A stretch of 64,000 nt of DNA, taken from a virus (lineage: Duplodnaviria > Caudoviricetes). How positions within the stretch are numbered: position 1 is the stretch's first letter; the number at the start of each line of letters is the position of its first letter. The translations under genes and the position numbers were made by a program. Where the stretch lies: positions 11,242-75,241 of the IMG/VR virus record IMGVR_UViG_3300020414_001694, one strand, 5' to 3'. Positions 8,069 through 16,968 of the stretch are shown one piece after another. The notes under the pieces were generated by a model. That model ran no database searches, was not told the DNA's origin, and saw nothing but the letters and a program-made list of their open reading frames with translations.

Positions 8069-8671
8069 TTACTCTACTTCAATATCCACTGATATGTTCA
8101 CATACATAGTTGGAAGTCTCAAATGGTTTGCCATATTATGCTTCTTACATTCTTCTGCTTCCAAGAACCAGTCTGCGTGCTTCTTCTTATCCACAATCTT
8201 CAAGAAGTGGTCGTCCTTCTTCCCACAATTGCGTGCCATCATTGTATAAATCTTTTGGTTTAATCTATCTGCCTCTGCTGCGCCTGCTTTGAGTTCCTCG
8301 ACCTTGCCCCAGTCCATTGAACTTACGTCGTGAATCATTACAGTTGCGTCTTTGTCCATAAAACGAAGACCGTCTTCGCCAAAAGAAAAAAGAACAGCAC
8401 CACAAGACATTGCTTTGCCTTCAACAATTGTTGCGACTGGTAGTTCGGAATCCCGAATGGCAGCAATCATTGACATCAAAGAGTATACCTGACCGCCATA
8501 AGAATCAATAACAACAGGAATAATCTTCTGCCCCGTATTGTGTGCCTGTGCCATGTCCAGTGCAAAGTTCTTGGCAGACTCTTCATCAAACTTGTTTACA
8601 CGAATGATGACTGGTGCCTTCCTGAGTTCTACAGTTTTGATTAGTGGCGAAATCTCTACTTTATGCTTCAT
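8069..8671 (-). CDS. clpP: ClpP-family serine protease (copy 1)
   Basis: IDSYGG, AMSCG (Ser), MIHD (His), HADWFL (Asp). Confidence 0.9.
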   Translation of the reverse strand: MKHKVEISPLIKTVELRKAPVIIRVNKFDEESAKNFALDMAQAHNTGQKIIPVVIDSYGGQVYSLMSMIAAIRDSELPVATIVEGKAMSCGAVLFSFGEDGLRFMDKDATVMIHDVSSMDWGKVEELKAGAAEADRLNQKIYTMMARNCGKKDDHFLKIVDKKKHADWFLEAEECKKHNMANHLRLPTMYVNISVDIEVE

Positions 8672-8900
8672 CTTCTTCTTCCTTTTCACAAATAACTTCT
8701 GACTCTGTTTCTATCCAGACTTTTGCTCCACAAGATAGAGGTTTGTCTGGAGAATAAATAATTCTACAAGGACCGTTCACATAAACCTCACTGCAATAAG
8801 TGTTGTCTTTATAAGTTTTCACTGTAATAACTGGTTCTCTGTCTCCAGTCTTTGAGTTAGAACGAATTTTGTGCTGGTTTACATGGATACGCTTCTTCAT
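8661..8900 (-). CDS. Conserved phage hypothetical protein
   Basis: IHVNQH...PVITVK...PLSCGAKVWIET. Confidence 0.7.
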   Translation of the reverse strand: MKKRIHVNQHKIRSNSKTGDREPVITVKTYKDNTYCSEVYVNGPCRIIYSPDKPLSCGAKVWIETESEVICEKEEEDEA

Positions 8901-8981
8901 AGTCTTCTATGCCTGTACCAATCATATGCTACTGAACCAACGAAGATAGCAGCAGCGAGAGTAAGAATGTCTATCAAAAAA

Positions 8982-9185
8982 TCAAACATTGTCATTTTCC
9001 TCTGTTGCCTTCATTGTCTCCAAATACTCTTTTATAAACTCTTTATTTTTCAAGAGTTCTTGAAATTTTTTTTGTGCTTCAATTTCTTGCTTTATCCTCC
9101 TAACTTTCAAGTCAAAATAGATTGCTCCTGACCAGAAGAAAAGTAATGAGAGGGTATAAGCAGAACCTTGTAGGATTTCTAACAT
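8982..9185 (-). CDS. Small membrane protein
   Basis: One TM segment plus charged tail. Confidence 0.55.
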   Translation of the reverse strand: MLEILQGSAYTLSLLFFWSGAIYFDLKVRRIKQEIEAQKKFQELLKNKEFIKEYLETMKATEENDNV

Positions 9186-9208
9186 TTACTAACCTTTTTA
9201 ATTGATGT

Positions 9209-9427
9209 TTAACCAGTAAAGAAAGATAGGAACTTTTCAAACAAACTCTTGTCATTCTGTTGATTATCAATGTTCCATCTTGTCTGGTCTATTGCTTCAC
9301 GCTGCTCGAACTCGTCCCACTGAAGTGTTCTCGCTTTAATTATTGCTTCTTGCTCGTCCGATGCCTCGATAGACACCCAGGCATTCTTTTCAATAAGATG
9401 TGATTGTCTTACTCTGAATGTCTTCAT
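9209..9427 (-). CDS. Hypothetical protein
   Basis: 72-aa ORF downstream of the tRNAs. Confidence 0.6.
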   Translation of the reverse strand: MKTFRVRQSHLIEKNAWVSIEASDEQEAIIKARTLQWDEFEQREAIDQTRWNIDNQQNDKSLFEKFLSFFTG

Positions 9428-9448
9428 GCATTCCCTTTCAAAGAAAAG

Positions 9449-9524
9449 TGGTGCTGGCGGTAGGAATCGAACCTACGACCTGATGATTACAAATCAACTG
9501 CTCTGCCAACTGAGCTACGCCAGC
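9449..9524 (-). tRNA. tRNA-Thr(UGU)
   Basis: GCTGGCG acceptor stem, anticodon loop TT-TGT-AA, encoded CCA. Confidence 0.95.
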
Positions 9525-9529
9525 GTAAG

Positions 9530-9603
9530 CACCCCAGGCAGGATTCGAACCTGCGACCCACGGATTAGAAGTCCGTTGCTCTATCCAACTGAGCTACTGA
9601 GGT
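9530..9603 (-). tRNA. tRNA-Arg(UCU)
   Basis: acgga-CT-TCT-AA-tccgt; CCA not encoded. Confidence 0.93.
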
Positions 9604-9606
9604 ACA

Positions 9607-9682
9607 TGGTGGAGGTGAGGAGATTCGAACTCCTGACCTTCTGCGTGCAAGGCAGACGTTCTCCCAACTGAACTACACCCCC
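9607..9682 (-). tRNA. tRNA-Ala(UGC)
   Basis: GGGGGTG/CACCTCC stem with G3:U70, anticodon TGC, encoded CCA. Confidence 0.95.
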
Positions 9683-9705
9683 ATGTCTTTTTAAATAGTT
9701 ACCAA

Positions 9706-9915
9706 CTAAAAACCCATCCAAGGACCAGACATCTCATCCATCCTAATTAATCTCAACTCATCAATAAAATGCTTGGCAACAATACCGTCAGACCATCTTA
9801 CTAATGCTAACTTATCTTCGAAAACCTGAACTACTCTGCCTGTTACTTTCGGTTCAGTTCTTACAAGTTTTACAAAATCATCTTGCTTTATTTTCTTATT
9901 ATAATCTTTATTCAT
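9706..9915 (-). CDS. SH3-like small protein
   Basis: DFVKLV...TGRVVQV...LVRW...ELRLI; likely start at MNKDY. Confidence 0.6.
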   Translation of the reverse strand: MNKDYNKKIKQDDFVKLVRTEPKVTGRVVQVFEDKLALVRWSDGIVAKHFIDELRLIRMDEMSGPWMGF

Positions 9916-9932
9916 TCTCTTGTTAACTCCTT

Positions 9933-10274
9933 TTAAAAAAAGATTTGAATCAAAACAACTGTAAGTGCAAGTGTAAAGCAAATCATTGTTTTTGTTGTAA
10001 ACATAGATTCACCAAGCAAGACGTAAGTTAGGATAGGAAATATAACTATCCCTACACTCGAACCTATAAACCTCGCCGACCAAACTGAACCTGCTGCATC
10101 CGCTGCTGTGGTCCAAGCATAGTAAAACATCATAGAGCATGGAATGCCCCAGACTAAAGCAGAGATAAATGCCTTGCCCCTCCACCATTCCCAGATGTAC
10201 TGCGAGTTCAACTGGAACCATGCGAATAGTTGTGCCATTGTGAACAGGGCAACTGCTTTTAAGACTGCCGTCAT
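9933..10274 (-). CDS. Four-TM membrane protein (DMT/SMR-like)
   Basis: Four hydrophobic segments, LLGE near TM4. Confidence 0.55.
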   Translation of the reverse strand: MTAVLKAVALFTMAQLFAWFQLNSQYIWEWWRGKAFISALVWGIPCSMMFYYAWTTAADAAGSVWSARFIGSSVGIVIFPILTYVLLGESMFTTKTMICFTLALTVVLIQIFF

Positions 10275-10738
10275 TAATCCTCCAACTTTCCAATGAGTGT
10301 AAAGTTTTCTTTTACTACGCCTAGTTTAAACAAATAATTCAAACTATTAGAACCAGGGTCACCACCGTTTACTGTTCTGAAATAAAGTTTATTCTCAATC
10401 ATCTTCTTTAAATCAGATGTCCTAATCACATACATACTCTTGTCACCACTGGGTTCGTGAGTCTTGTAAAGATAAAAGTCTGCCTTAGAGACAGAAATTC
10501 CAGAAGGTTTTCCCCTGCAATGATACTCAAGACCGATGTTTCCAGTCTTCTGACAAGTGAAATCTTCTTTTATCTCGATAGTTACGACCTCGCCTGAAGG
10601 CGTCTTCATTCGAATGTCGTAGTCTGCATTGTCACATTCGTCAATAAACTCGTAACCTTTCGACACGAGATAGTCTGAGATTTGTCTCTCAGTCTTTCTT
10701 GCTATCGGATGGTCTTTTCTAAAGTTATAGTGAGGCAT
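10274..10738 (-). CDS. PD-(D/E)xK nuclease-like protein
   Basis: E...DYD...IEIKED pattern. Confidence 0.65.
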   Translation of the reverse strand: MPHYNFRKDHPIARKTERQISDYLVSKGYEFIDECDNADYDIRMKTPSGEVVTIEIKEDFTCQKTGNIGLEYHCRGKPSGISVSKADFYLYKTHEPSGDKSMYVIRTSDLKKMIENKLYFRTVNGGDPGSNSLNYLFKLGVVKENFTLIGKLED

Positions 10739-10740
10739 CT

Positions 10741-11715
10741 TTACTCCTCCAAAAATCTCTCTGCTAAATCCTGAACTGTTTCTCGGAGAGCAGAGACGTT
10801 TGCTACTTCTGTTTGTTGCTCCTCAATAGTAACATAGAAAGTCGTTGGAACATACTCGCCCTCAAACAGAGTATTCTCATGTCGCTCAAAGAACTCGTAA
10901 GTCGTAACACCAGGGTCTGCTGTGTCTGATAGTGCAGTGGATAACTCTCCTAGCAAGTCCTTGTGGAAATAGAAAGTGTCCCAGTCTTCTGCTTGTTCCA
11001 AGTACATTTGAGCAGCAAGTGCTCGTGCTGTCTCAAAACTTGTTGCTGTTTTTGTTTCTGAACTTGAGTGAACTCTCTTATAATCGTCAGTTGTTGATGT
11101 TCCTGTTACAACATAAATTGATTCACCATTGATTACATTACTCATTTTTGCTTCTTCCTCCTCTGCTTCTCGCTGATATCTAGCAACTATTTCTTCCATT
11201 GATTCTTGATGGGTAGTGTGCTTCTTTACAACACACCCAAATAATGATGCTTCAAACCCAATGTGACGCTTCTTTCCCTTGAACATTGCCTTGAACTCGT
11301 CCTCTGTGAGAACTGGTGTCGTAACCCAACTGGTTGACCAGTTTTGGTCGCTTGCCTGAACAACCTCGTAGCAATGGTTTGTAGTAACCATTCGCTCGTC
11401 GTCATCGTCAAGGATAATGTGCTCCCTAGTAGGAGTTTCATTAGCGAATGCTTTCTTGCCTGGTCCTGAATAACAACTAAACATGTCAAGGTTTCCGATG
11501 CCTTTCACAGGAACTTCTGAAGAAGTGTTCATAAAGTTCTTTGTTCTATTGTAAGTTCGTACAACAGCACCTGGGACAATGCCCTTTTCTGTTAGACTCT
11601 CTACATAACCTTGCCTAACCAGAGTACTTACATTTAAGTAAGTCTGAAAGTCGTTACTAATTTCTTCACACTGCTTTCGAGTGTGCTTTGGATTACCACA
11701 ATATGTACACGGCAT
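10741..11715 (-). CDS. Hypothetical protein with N-terminal CCHC zinc knuckle
   Basis: CTYCGNPKHTRKQC. Confidence 0.7.
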   Translation of the reverse strand: MPCTYCGNPKHTRKQCEEISNDFQTYLNVSTLVRQGYVESLTEKGIVPGAVVRTYNRTKNFMNTSSEVPVKGIGNLDMFSCYSGPGKKAFANETPTREHIILDDDDERMVTTNHCYEVVQASDQNWSTSWVTTPVLTEDEFKAMFKGKKRHIGFEASLFGCVVKKHTTHQESMEEIVARYQREAEEEEAKMSNVINGESIYVVTGTSTTDDYKRVHSSSETKTATSFETARALAAQMYLEQAEDWDTFYFHKDLLGELSTALSDTADPGVTTYEFFERHENTLFEGEYVPTTFYVTIEEQQTEVANVSALRETVQDLAERFLEE

Positions 11716-11927
11716 TATCTTAACCCCTGTCGTCGTTGTCGTTTTTTAGGTTCTTTATAATCTTTCCACTCTTTGTAGTATTCTTTTGTCTCTTCGATAA
11801 TCTCGTCATACTCTTGCTGGGTAATGTATCCCTTCTTGAGTCTCGTTTTCAGAAGAGTTTTTTCAGTCTTGAGTGCTTGCCCCTTCCTTCGAAGCATGCT
11901 ATCAATTAGAGTTTCTTTTGTCCACAT
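11715..11927 (-). CDS. Basic hypothetical protein
   Basis: 70-aa ORF, start/stop coupled to neighbours. Confidence 0.6.
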   Translation of the reverse strand: MWTKETLIDSMLRRKGQALKTEKTLLKTRLKKGYITQQEYDEIIEETKEYYKEWKDYKEPKKRQRRQGLR

Positions 11928-12172
11928 TATCTCTTCCCTTTCTTTAATCGCTTTCTCAAATAAGCGCCGACTTCAGAGTCTTCTGGCAACTCAATCTCCT
12001 CTAAACCTTCTTCCTCTTCGGGTTCAATAATATCCCATTGAACGTTCTCCATATTATCACGTCCGTAAATGGATGTCAAGTGTTTTTTTAAGGTTGCTTC
12101 TGTTCTAAATGGAAAGGTGGTAGTTCTACTCTTGATACCATCTTCTTCAAGCAAATAAATCGTTACTTCCAT
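11927..12172 (-). CDS. Hypothetical protein (MEVTIY...)
   Basis: GAGG SD before ATG 12172. Confidence 0.55.
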   Translation of the reverse strand: MEVTIYLLEEDGIKSRTTTFPFRTEATLKKHLTSIYGRDNMENVQWDIIEPEEEEGLEEIELPEDSEVGAYLRKRLKKGKR

Positions 12173-12173
12173 T

Positions 12174-12695
12174 TTATAAAGACCTCTGAATTGCCTCAAA
12201 GATGACTTTTTCCATATCCACCTGACGTGACGTATCAGAGGGAACTTTGTCGGCAACGACATTTACAATGCTTTGGTCATCGACCCTGCACATGACGTTT
12301 GAGTCATTCTCCTTCATGGTCAATTGTTCAAAGTCAACGACGCCTACCTTCCTCTTACCCGTGTCAATAAAAATCATCTTATCGAATGTCTTTGATGGGA
12401 CGCCAAGGTTGCGACCTCTGTGGTTTTTAAGAATGACTGATGAAGTGTGTGGCACTCTCGGTTGAAAGATTGTCCCCTGCATCTTGCACTCGTAACGGAG
12501 TCCATCTGAACCCTCGAAGTCCATACCGTCAGCAGAGTCACCGACGTACTTTAACTTGCCATTGCTGTATTTGTCGATTGCTAACTCAACAATCTCTGTC
12601 CGCAATGGTCTAGTCTGGTTACGTTTAAGAGTTCCAGTAGAATCTATGACTCTAAATACTTTAGTCCAGTTCACTTCTTTTCTCAAATCAAGCAT
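12174..12695 (-). CDS. Restriction-endonuclease-like PD-(D/E)xK protein
   Basis: E...DGMDF...RYECKM; start overlaps the MTase stop. Confidence 0.5.
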   Translation of the reverse strand: MLDLRKEVNWTKVFRVIDSTGTLKRNQTRPLRTEIVELAIDKYSNGKLKYVGDSADGMDFEGSDGLRYECKMQGTIFQPRVPHTSSVILKNHRGRNLGVPSKTFDKMIFIDTGKRKVGVVDFEQLTMKENDSNVMCRVDDQSIVNVVADKVPSDTSRQVDMEKVIFEAIQRSL

Positions 12696-13590
12696 TGCTA
12701 TTCTTCCTTTCATAATTTGTTATTAGCAATTCTTTTCTGTCTCTTTGTGCTTCTGTATACACTTTACTAGAACGCATCGTATATGTCAAGTCCCAATCGT
12801 TAAAAAAGTAATCAGAAAAGCGCTTTTTTAAGACCTCATTTGAGTTATAAGTAATCATCCAGTTATGAGGACACTGAACCACGTCTTCATAGAACCTCAT
12901 GTGATTGAACCCAGAGTGCATGTTTCCGTTCTTTCCATACAAATCGTCCTTTATATCATATGGAGGGTCTAGGAAAACAAAGCAATCCTTTCCTGGAGAG
13001 TTCATCACATCTGCATAATCATGATTTGTAATCTTCCACTTCTTTATCAATTTAGAATATTCTGGTAACTTGTTGATACCAGTCATGTTAAAGTTCTGTT
13101 CAGATGCCTGCTCTGAAAATGAACTGCTCTCGCCAAGACCTGAAAAACTGCACTTGTTCAGGATATAGAACTGCACTGCTCTTGTCAAGTCACAAGTTTC
13201 AGAAGATATGTTTGACTTAGCGTTATTGAACAATTCTCGATGCTTGTCTATCATCAGGTGTATCTTGGGTTCCCACTCTGATTTTGGCACCTTCTTCTTC
13301 CTCAGAGGTTTTGAAGCATAGATGATAGGTTGCTTTATCTTAACCAACTCTTGATGTAGTTTGCCCCCATTATCTCTAAGTTGAACCCAAAAGTTATATA
13401 AATTGTAGTAAGCATCATTGACCCAAACAGATGCGTTCGGTCTAGTCTGTGTTATATGAAGTGCCATTGAACCACCGCCCAAGAATGGTTCCCTGAAGTC
13501 GCTGAAACTTTCAAGCAAACTTGGACTCAACTTCTTTATCGCTCGGGACTTGCCACCAGGATACCTCAATGGTGTCTTTAAACTTGTCAT
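12688..13590 (-). CDS. dam: Dam-family (D12 class) N6-adenine DNA methyltransferase
   Basis: LRYPGGKS, EPFLGGGS, FLDPPY. Confidence 0.92.
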   Translation of the reverse strand: MTSLKTPLRYPGGKSRAIKKLSPSLLESFSDFREPFLGGGSMALHITQTRPNASVWVNDAYYNLYNFWVQLRDNGGKLHQELVKIKQPIIYASKPLRKKKVPKSEWEPKIHLMIDKHRELFNNAKSNISSETCDLTRAVQFYILNKCSFSGLGESSSFSEQASEQNFNMTGINKLPEYSKLIKKWKITNHDYADVMNSPGKDCFVFLDPPYDIKDDLYGKNGNMHSGFNHMRFYEDVVQCPHNWMITYNSNEVLKKRFSDYFFNDWDLTYTMRSSKVYTEAQRDRKELLITNYERKNSNA

Positions 13591-13823
13591 ATCTCTTTCT
13601 CCGTTACTATCCAACAACCTGGGTTCCTCCACCACTGAGGGTGTGTCTTCAACTCTAGTTTCTCAGCAAGAGTTCTGACAAGTTCCTGATAATATTGGGA
13701 ATGTCCCGTGATTATCGCAATGGGCAACTCGTCTATCATCTCCAACATAAAATCTTCTATTAAGTGTTCTGCCTTTTCGTGCCTCACACCATGCAAATCT
13801 AATGTTGGAAATTTTTCCCTCAT
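13587..13823 (-). CDS. Stand-alone Smr domain protein
   Basis: LDLHG...IITGHS. Confidence 0.8.
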   Translation of the reverse strand: MREKFPTLDLHGVRHEKAEHLIEDFMLEMIDELPIAIITGHSQYYQELVRTLAEKLELKTHPQWWRNPGCWIVTEKEI

Positions 13824-13836
13824 TGTCTATATTAAC

Positions 13837-13874
13837 ACCTTATCACATCAGTCTACGAAAGTCAAGACTATTTA
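13837..13874. promoter_or_regulatory. Divergent promoter region
   Basis: Minus: TTGACT-N17-TAAGGT (13837-13865). Plus: ACTATTTA (13867-13874), 7 nt before ATG 13882. Confidence 0.6.
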
Positions 13875-13881
13875 ATCTGTT

Positions 13882-14544
13882 ATGGTAAAAAAAATTCGTC
13901 GTAAAGTCAAAAAGATTACAATGAAAGCATCTCTCGTTAGCATGGAACTCGAAGATTTGACTGAGGAGAATAAGGAGCAAAAGAACAAACTCTCCAAAGA
14001 TTTCGAAGACGAGTTTGCCTTCATCGAATGGAAGCGGCAACAAGAAATGAAACAAAAGGAACAAGAAAGTCCTGAAGAGAAACCAGAAGTTCCCCCTGAT
14101 GTTCCCCTAGACGAAGACGGACGTGTTGAAAGTAGTACTCCACCTGATACTCCTGATGAATTAAAAAAACTTTATCGCTCTATCGCTCAGAAAACTCATC
14201 CTGATAAAGTACAAGACGAAGAACTGAACGAAATATTCAAACTTGCTGCCGAAGCAGTTGACGAAGAAAACTGGATGCTCCTCGTCGAACTTGCTGGTGA
14301 ATTAAGACTAGACATTGACTTTCTCTCTGATGAAACTCTCGAACTGATAGAGCAAAGTATCGAACGCAATCAAAAACAAATCTCTGGAATCAAAAACTCT
14401 TTCTCTTACATTTGGTGTAGTCAAAAAGATGACAAAGGAAAGGAAATCTTCAAAGCACTCTTCTACAAACAGTTCAAAATAAATAAAGAAGAGTTTGCAG
14501 AGTGGTTAAAAAATAAACCTACTCCTTCTTGTCAAAAGTCATAG
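13882..14544 (+). CDS. J-domain (DnaJ-like) protein
   Basis: LKKLYRSIAQKTHPDK; only credible plus-strand gene. Confidence 0.85.
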   Translation: MVKKIRRKVKKITMKASLVSMELEDLTEENKEQKNKLSKDFEDEFAFIEWKRQQEMKQKEQESPEEKPEVPPDVPLDEDGRVESSTPPDTPDELKKLYRSIAQKTHPDKVQDEELNEIFKLAAEAVDEENWMLLVELAGELRLDIDFLSDETLELIEQSIERNQKQISGIKNSFSYIWCSQKDDKGKEIFKALFYKQFKINKEEFAEWLKNKPTPSCQKS

Positions 14545-14755
14545 TTCTTAAAACTCTATTCAGATTGGCATTCTCTTTTTCTAACATCACTGCATAGTCA
14601 AACAACAGAGGACAACCTTTCTGAACTTCTCCTATTGCCTCTTCCAGTGCCAGCATTACGTCTGGAACAATGTATTGAGGTTTAGTCCTTGCGACGAATA
14701 CTGCCGATGCAAACCCAAGATTGAATAGCAAAGAATATAATAAAAACTTTCTCAT
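14519..14755 (-). CDS. Membrane-anchored small protein
   Basis: N-terminal hydrophobic segment. Confidence 0.55.
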   Translation of the reverse strand: MRKFLLYSLLFNLGFASAVFVARTKPQYIVPDVMLALEEAIGEVQKGCPLLFDYAVMLEKENANLNRVLRTMTFDKKE

Positions 14756-14909
14756 AACATTTCCTCTACAGCAAAAATTCTAAACCCCTTGTACAAAGAA
14801 TTCTTTTTAAAGTAAGCGAATGATGCTGCCTCTGCAAACGTAACGAAATCTCCAAAAATGCTTGGGAAATTTTCTTCGCCATTCGTAAATGTAATCTTCC
14901 ATCTTCTCA

Positions 14910-15917
14910 TTAGATTCTGTCCTTATGTCCCGAAAAGATAATCTCAAAGTTATCTCTCTTTAAATGCTCTGTGATGTAGTACTGCATGTCGTCCATTGAA
15001 TCAAACTCAAACTTATTATCTCCATGATAAAGCATAAAGCGTCGAACCTGCTCTAAGACATCAACCTTGTTGATTACAAGTGTGGTAAGTCCGTTAATGT
15101 CAACTGCCTTAGACACCGCATCTAAGTCAAACCAGTCAACCTTTCTCGGTCTTCCTGTCGTTGCTCCGTACTCTTCCCCAACATCTCGAATTGCCTTAGC
15201 AACAATACCTTCTTCCATGCCAAAGTCTTTTGCCCCGACATAAGTTTCATAAATCTTTGCAGCACCATAAACATTACGCACTGACTGTGCTGGGATTCCG
15301 TTCAAGACTGCTCCACCGACAGTGCAATGAGATGAAGTTACGTAAGGATAGTCTCCCCAGTCCACGTCAAGTCCAAAACCCTGAGCGCCTTCAAAAAGAA
15401 TCTTTACAGTAGACTCATTGTTGTGGTGAAATTCTTGATAGATATCAATAAGATACTCTTGCAGTTCTGGTACCTGCTCTGCCCTCACACCTTTCCTACC
15501 GTATTTATCACGATAAGCAGGTCCGTTGCCTCTCTTGGTAGTTCCAATTGCTTTATCTTTATTGTCTTCTGCTAAGTGCCAATCTGTAATGACATGAGCG
15601 TTTTTAGCAATTGACAAAAGATTATCTATATCAATACCAGCATCTCGCAACTCTTTCATCTCTGAAAGCAGTCTGTCTGGATTCACCACACACCCTGGAC
15701 CGATGATGGATTCTATTCCAAAGAACACACCGCAAGGGATGACGTGGGTTACAAACTTCTTGCCCTCGTGATAGATAGTGTGCCCAGCGTTGTGCCCGCC
15801 ATTGTAGCGAACAACGTGTGTGTAATCACCTGTTCTTGCAAGATGATGTGTTATCTTACCTTTACCGCAATCTCCGTGCTGCACATCAACAACTACGTCG
15901 GCAATGATGTTAGACAT
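14910..15917 (-). CDS. purA: Adenylosuccinate synthetase (short form)
   Basis: QHGDCGKG, GGHNAGHT, EGAQG, YPYVTSS, TTGRPR, NKVD. Confidence 0.95.
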   Translation of the reverse strand: MSNIIADVVVDVQHGDCGKGKITHHLARTGDYTHVVRYNGGHNAGHTIYHEGKKFVTHVIPCGVFFGIESIIGPGCVVNPDRLLSEMKELRDAGIDIDNLLSIAKNAHVITDWHLAEDNKDKAIGTTKRGNGPAYRDKYGRKGVRAEQVPELQEYLIDIYQEFHHNNESTVKILFEGAQGFGLDVDWGDYPYVTSSHCTVGGAVLNGIPAQSVRNVYGAAKIYETYVGAKDFGMEEGIVAKAIRDVGEEYGATTGRPRKVDWFDLDAVSKAVDINGLTTLVINKVDVLEQVRRFMLYHGDNKFEFDSMDDMQYYITEHLKRDNFEIIFSGHKDRI

Positions 15918-15967
15918 TTCAGTCCCTTTCTGTTGTTTTATTTATTATAACATCTTATCTTTATCTG

Positions 15968-16909
15968 TTAAGCAGCGAGTGAAACTTTTTCTTCAAGCAA
16001 CTGACGCATCTTGAACAGACCCTGCTCTTTGTGTTTGCACTCCAACATAACATCAATGTTGTGTCCGTAAGTTTCAATAGCAGTCCAGTAAGAGTCCGAG
16101 TGTGCCTGTGGACGAATCTTAGGGTCATTGTGTTCTACGCTTCTATCCTGCGAGTAGTGTACGACAGGTGTAACACCGTGCCAAGTAGACATAGCAAGTT
16201 CTAGTGCTTCTTGCTCAGTCTGCCCACCAGTACAGAACTTGTGGTGGTGATAGTCAAACACGATAGGAATGTGAATAACCTTGTGAATATAGTCATAAAG
16301 ATGACGAGTGCTCCACATAGATGCTTTGTCGTCGTTCTCCACAGTCAAACGATTCTGACAGTTGACAGATAGTTTAAAGAAGTTACGGCACCAGCGTTCT
16401 GCTGTACCAGCAAAGTCACCACCGTAAGTACCACCAACGTGAATATTAATCTTGGCATAGGGACTATCGGGCAATCCCATCATATCAAATATCTCAGAGT
16501 GAGTATTCAACTCTTTGATAGTCTTGGTCACTACGTCCTCCTTGGGAGAACCAAGTACGTTGAATGGTCCTGGGTGAGTAGTAATGCGATGACCATTGTC
16601 GTGAACAAAGTCACCTGCTTCTTGTAGAGCAAGGCAGATGTCATCGTAGTCTGGTAAGTCTGAGATGTTGTACTCTGACGACCAAGGAAATAAATCTGAT
16701 GATAAACGGAAGAAGTGTATACCGTTGGCGTGATTCCACTTGAGAACTGTTAGCAAGTCCTTGCAGTTCTGAAGAGCAAGTTCTGACGCATAAGGCAAAC
16801 CTCGCTCCTTGAATGTTCGCTTGACCATAGAGCGATTAGTTGTGACTCGCCTAGACTTAGGCAAAGTATTGAGCACTGTATTAATACAGGCATATCCTAG
16901 ATTAGACAT
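15968..16909 (-). CDS. uvsE: UV DNA damage endonuclease
   Basis: LGYACIN, FRLSSD, HPG, ENDD, DYHHH, ECKHKE. Confidence 0.95.
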   Translation of the reverse strand: MSNLGYACINTVLNTLPKSRRVTTNRSMVKRTFKERGLPYASELALQNCKDLLTVLKWNHANGIHFFRLSSDLFPWSSEYNISDLPDYDDICLALQEAGDFVHDNGHRITTHPGPFNVLGSPKEDVVTKTIKELNTHSEIFDMMGLPDSPYAKINIHVGGTYGGDFAGTAERWCRNFFKLSVNCQNRLTVENDDKASMWSTRHLYDYIHKVIHIPIVFDYHHHKFCTGGQTEQEALELAMSTWHGVTPVVHYSQDRSVEHNDPKIRPQAHSDSYWTAIETYGHNIDVMLECKHKEQGLFKMRQLLEEKVSLAA

Positions 16910-16936
16910 TTAGTTCCTCCTCGTAGTTACAAGAAG

Positions 16937-16965
16937 ACTATATTATAATGTGATGGGAATGTCAA
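16937..16965 (-). promoter_or_regulatory. sigma70-like promoter of uvsE
   Basis: TTGACA-N17-TATAGT. Confidence 0.8.
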
Positions 16966-16968
16966 GGA

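Noticed and set aside
14910-15917. PurZ (2-aminoadenine genome)
   Set aside because: Keeps the PurA catalytic Asp (GDCGKG, not GSTGKG), the TTGRPR loop and the NKxD GTP motif; the replicase is DnaE rather than DpoZ
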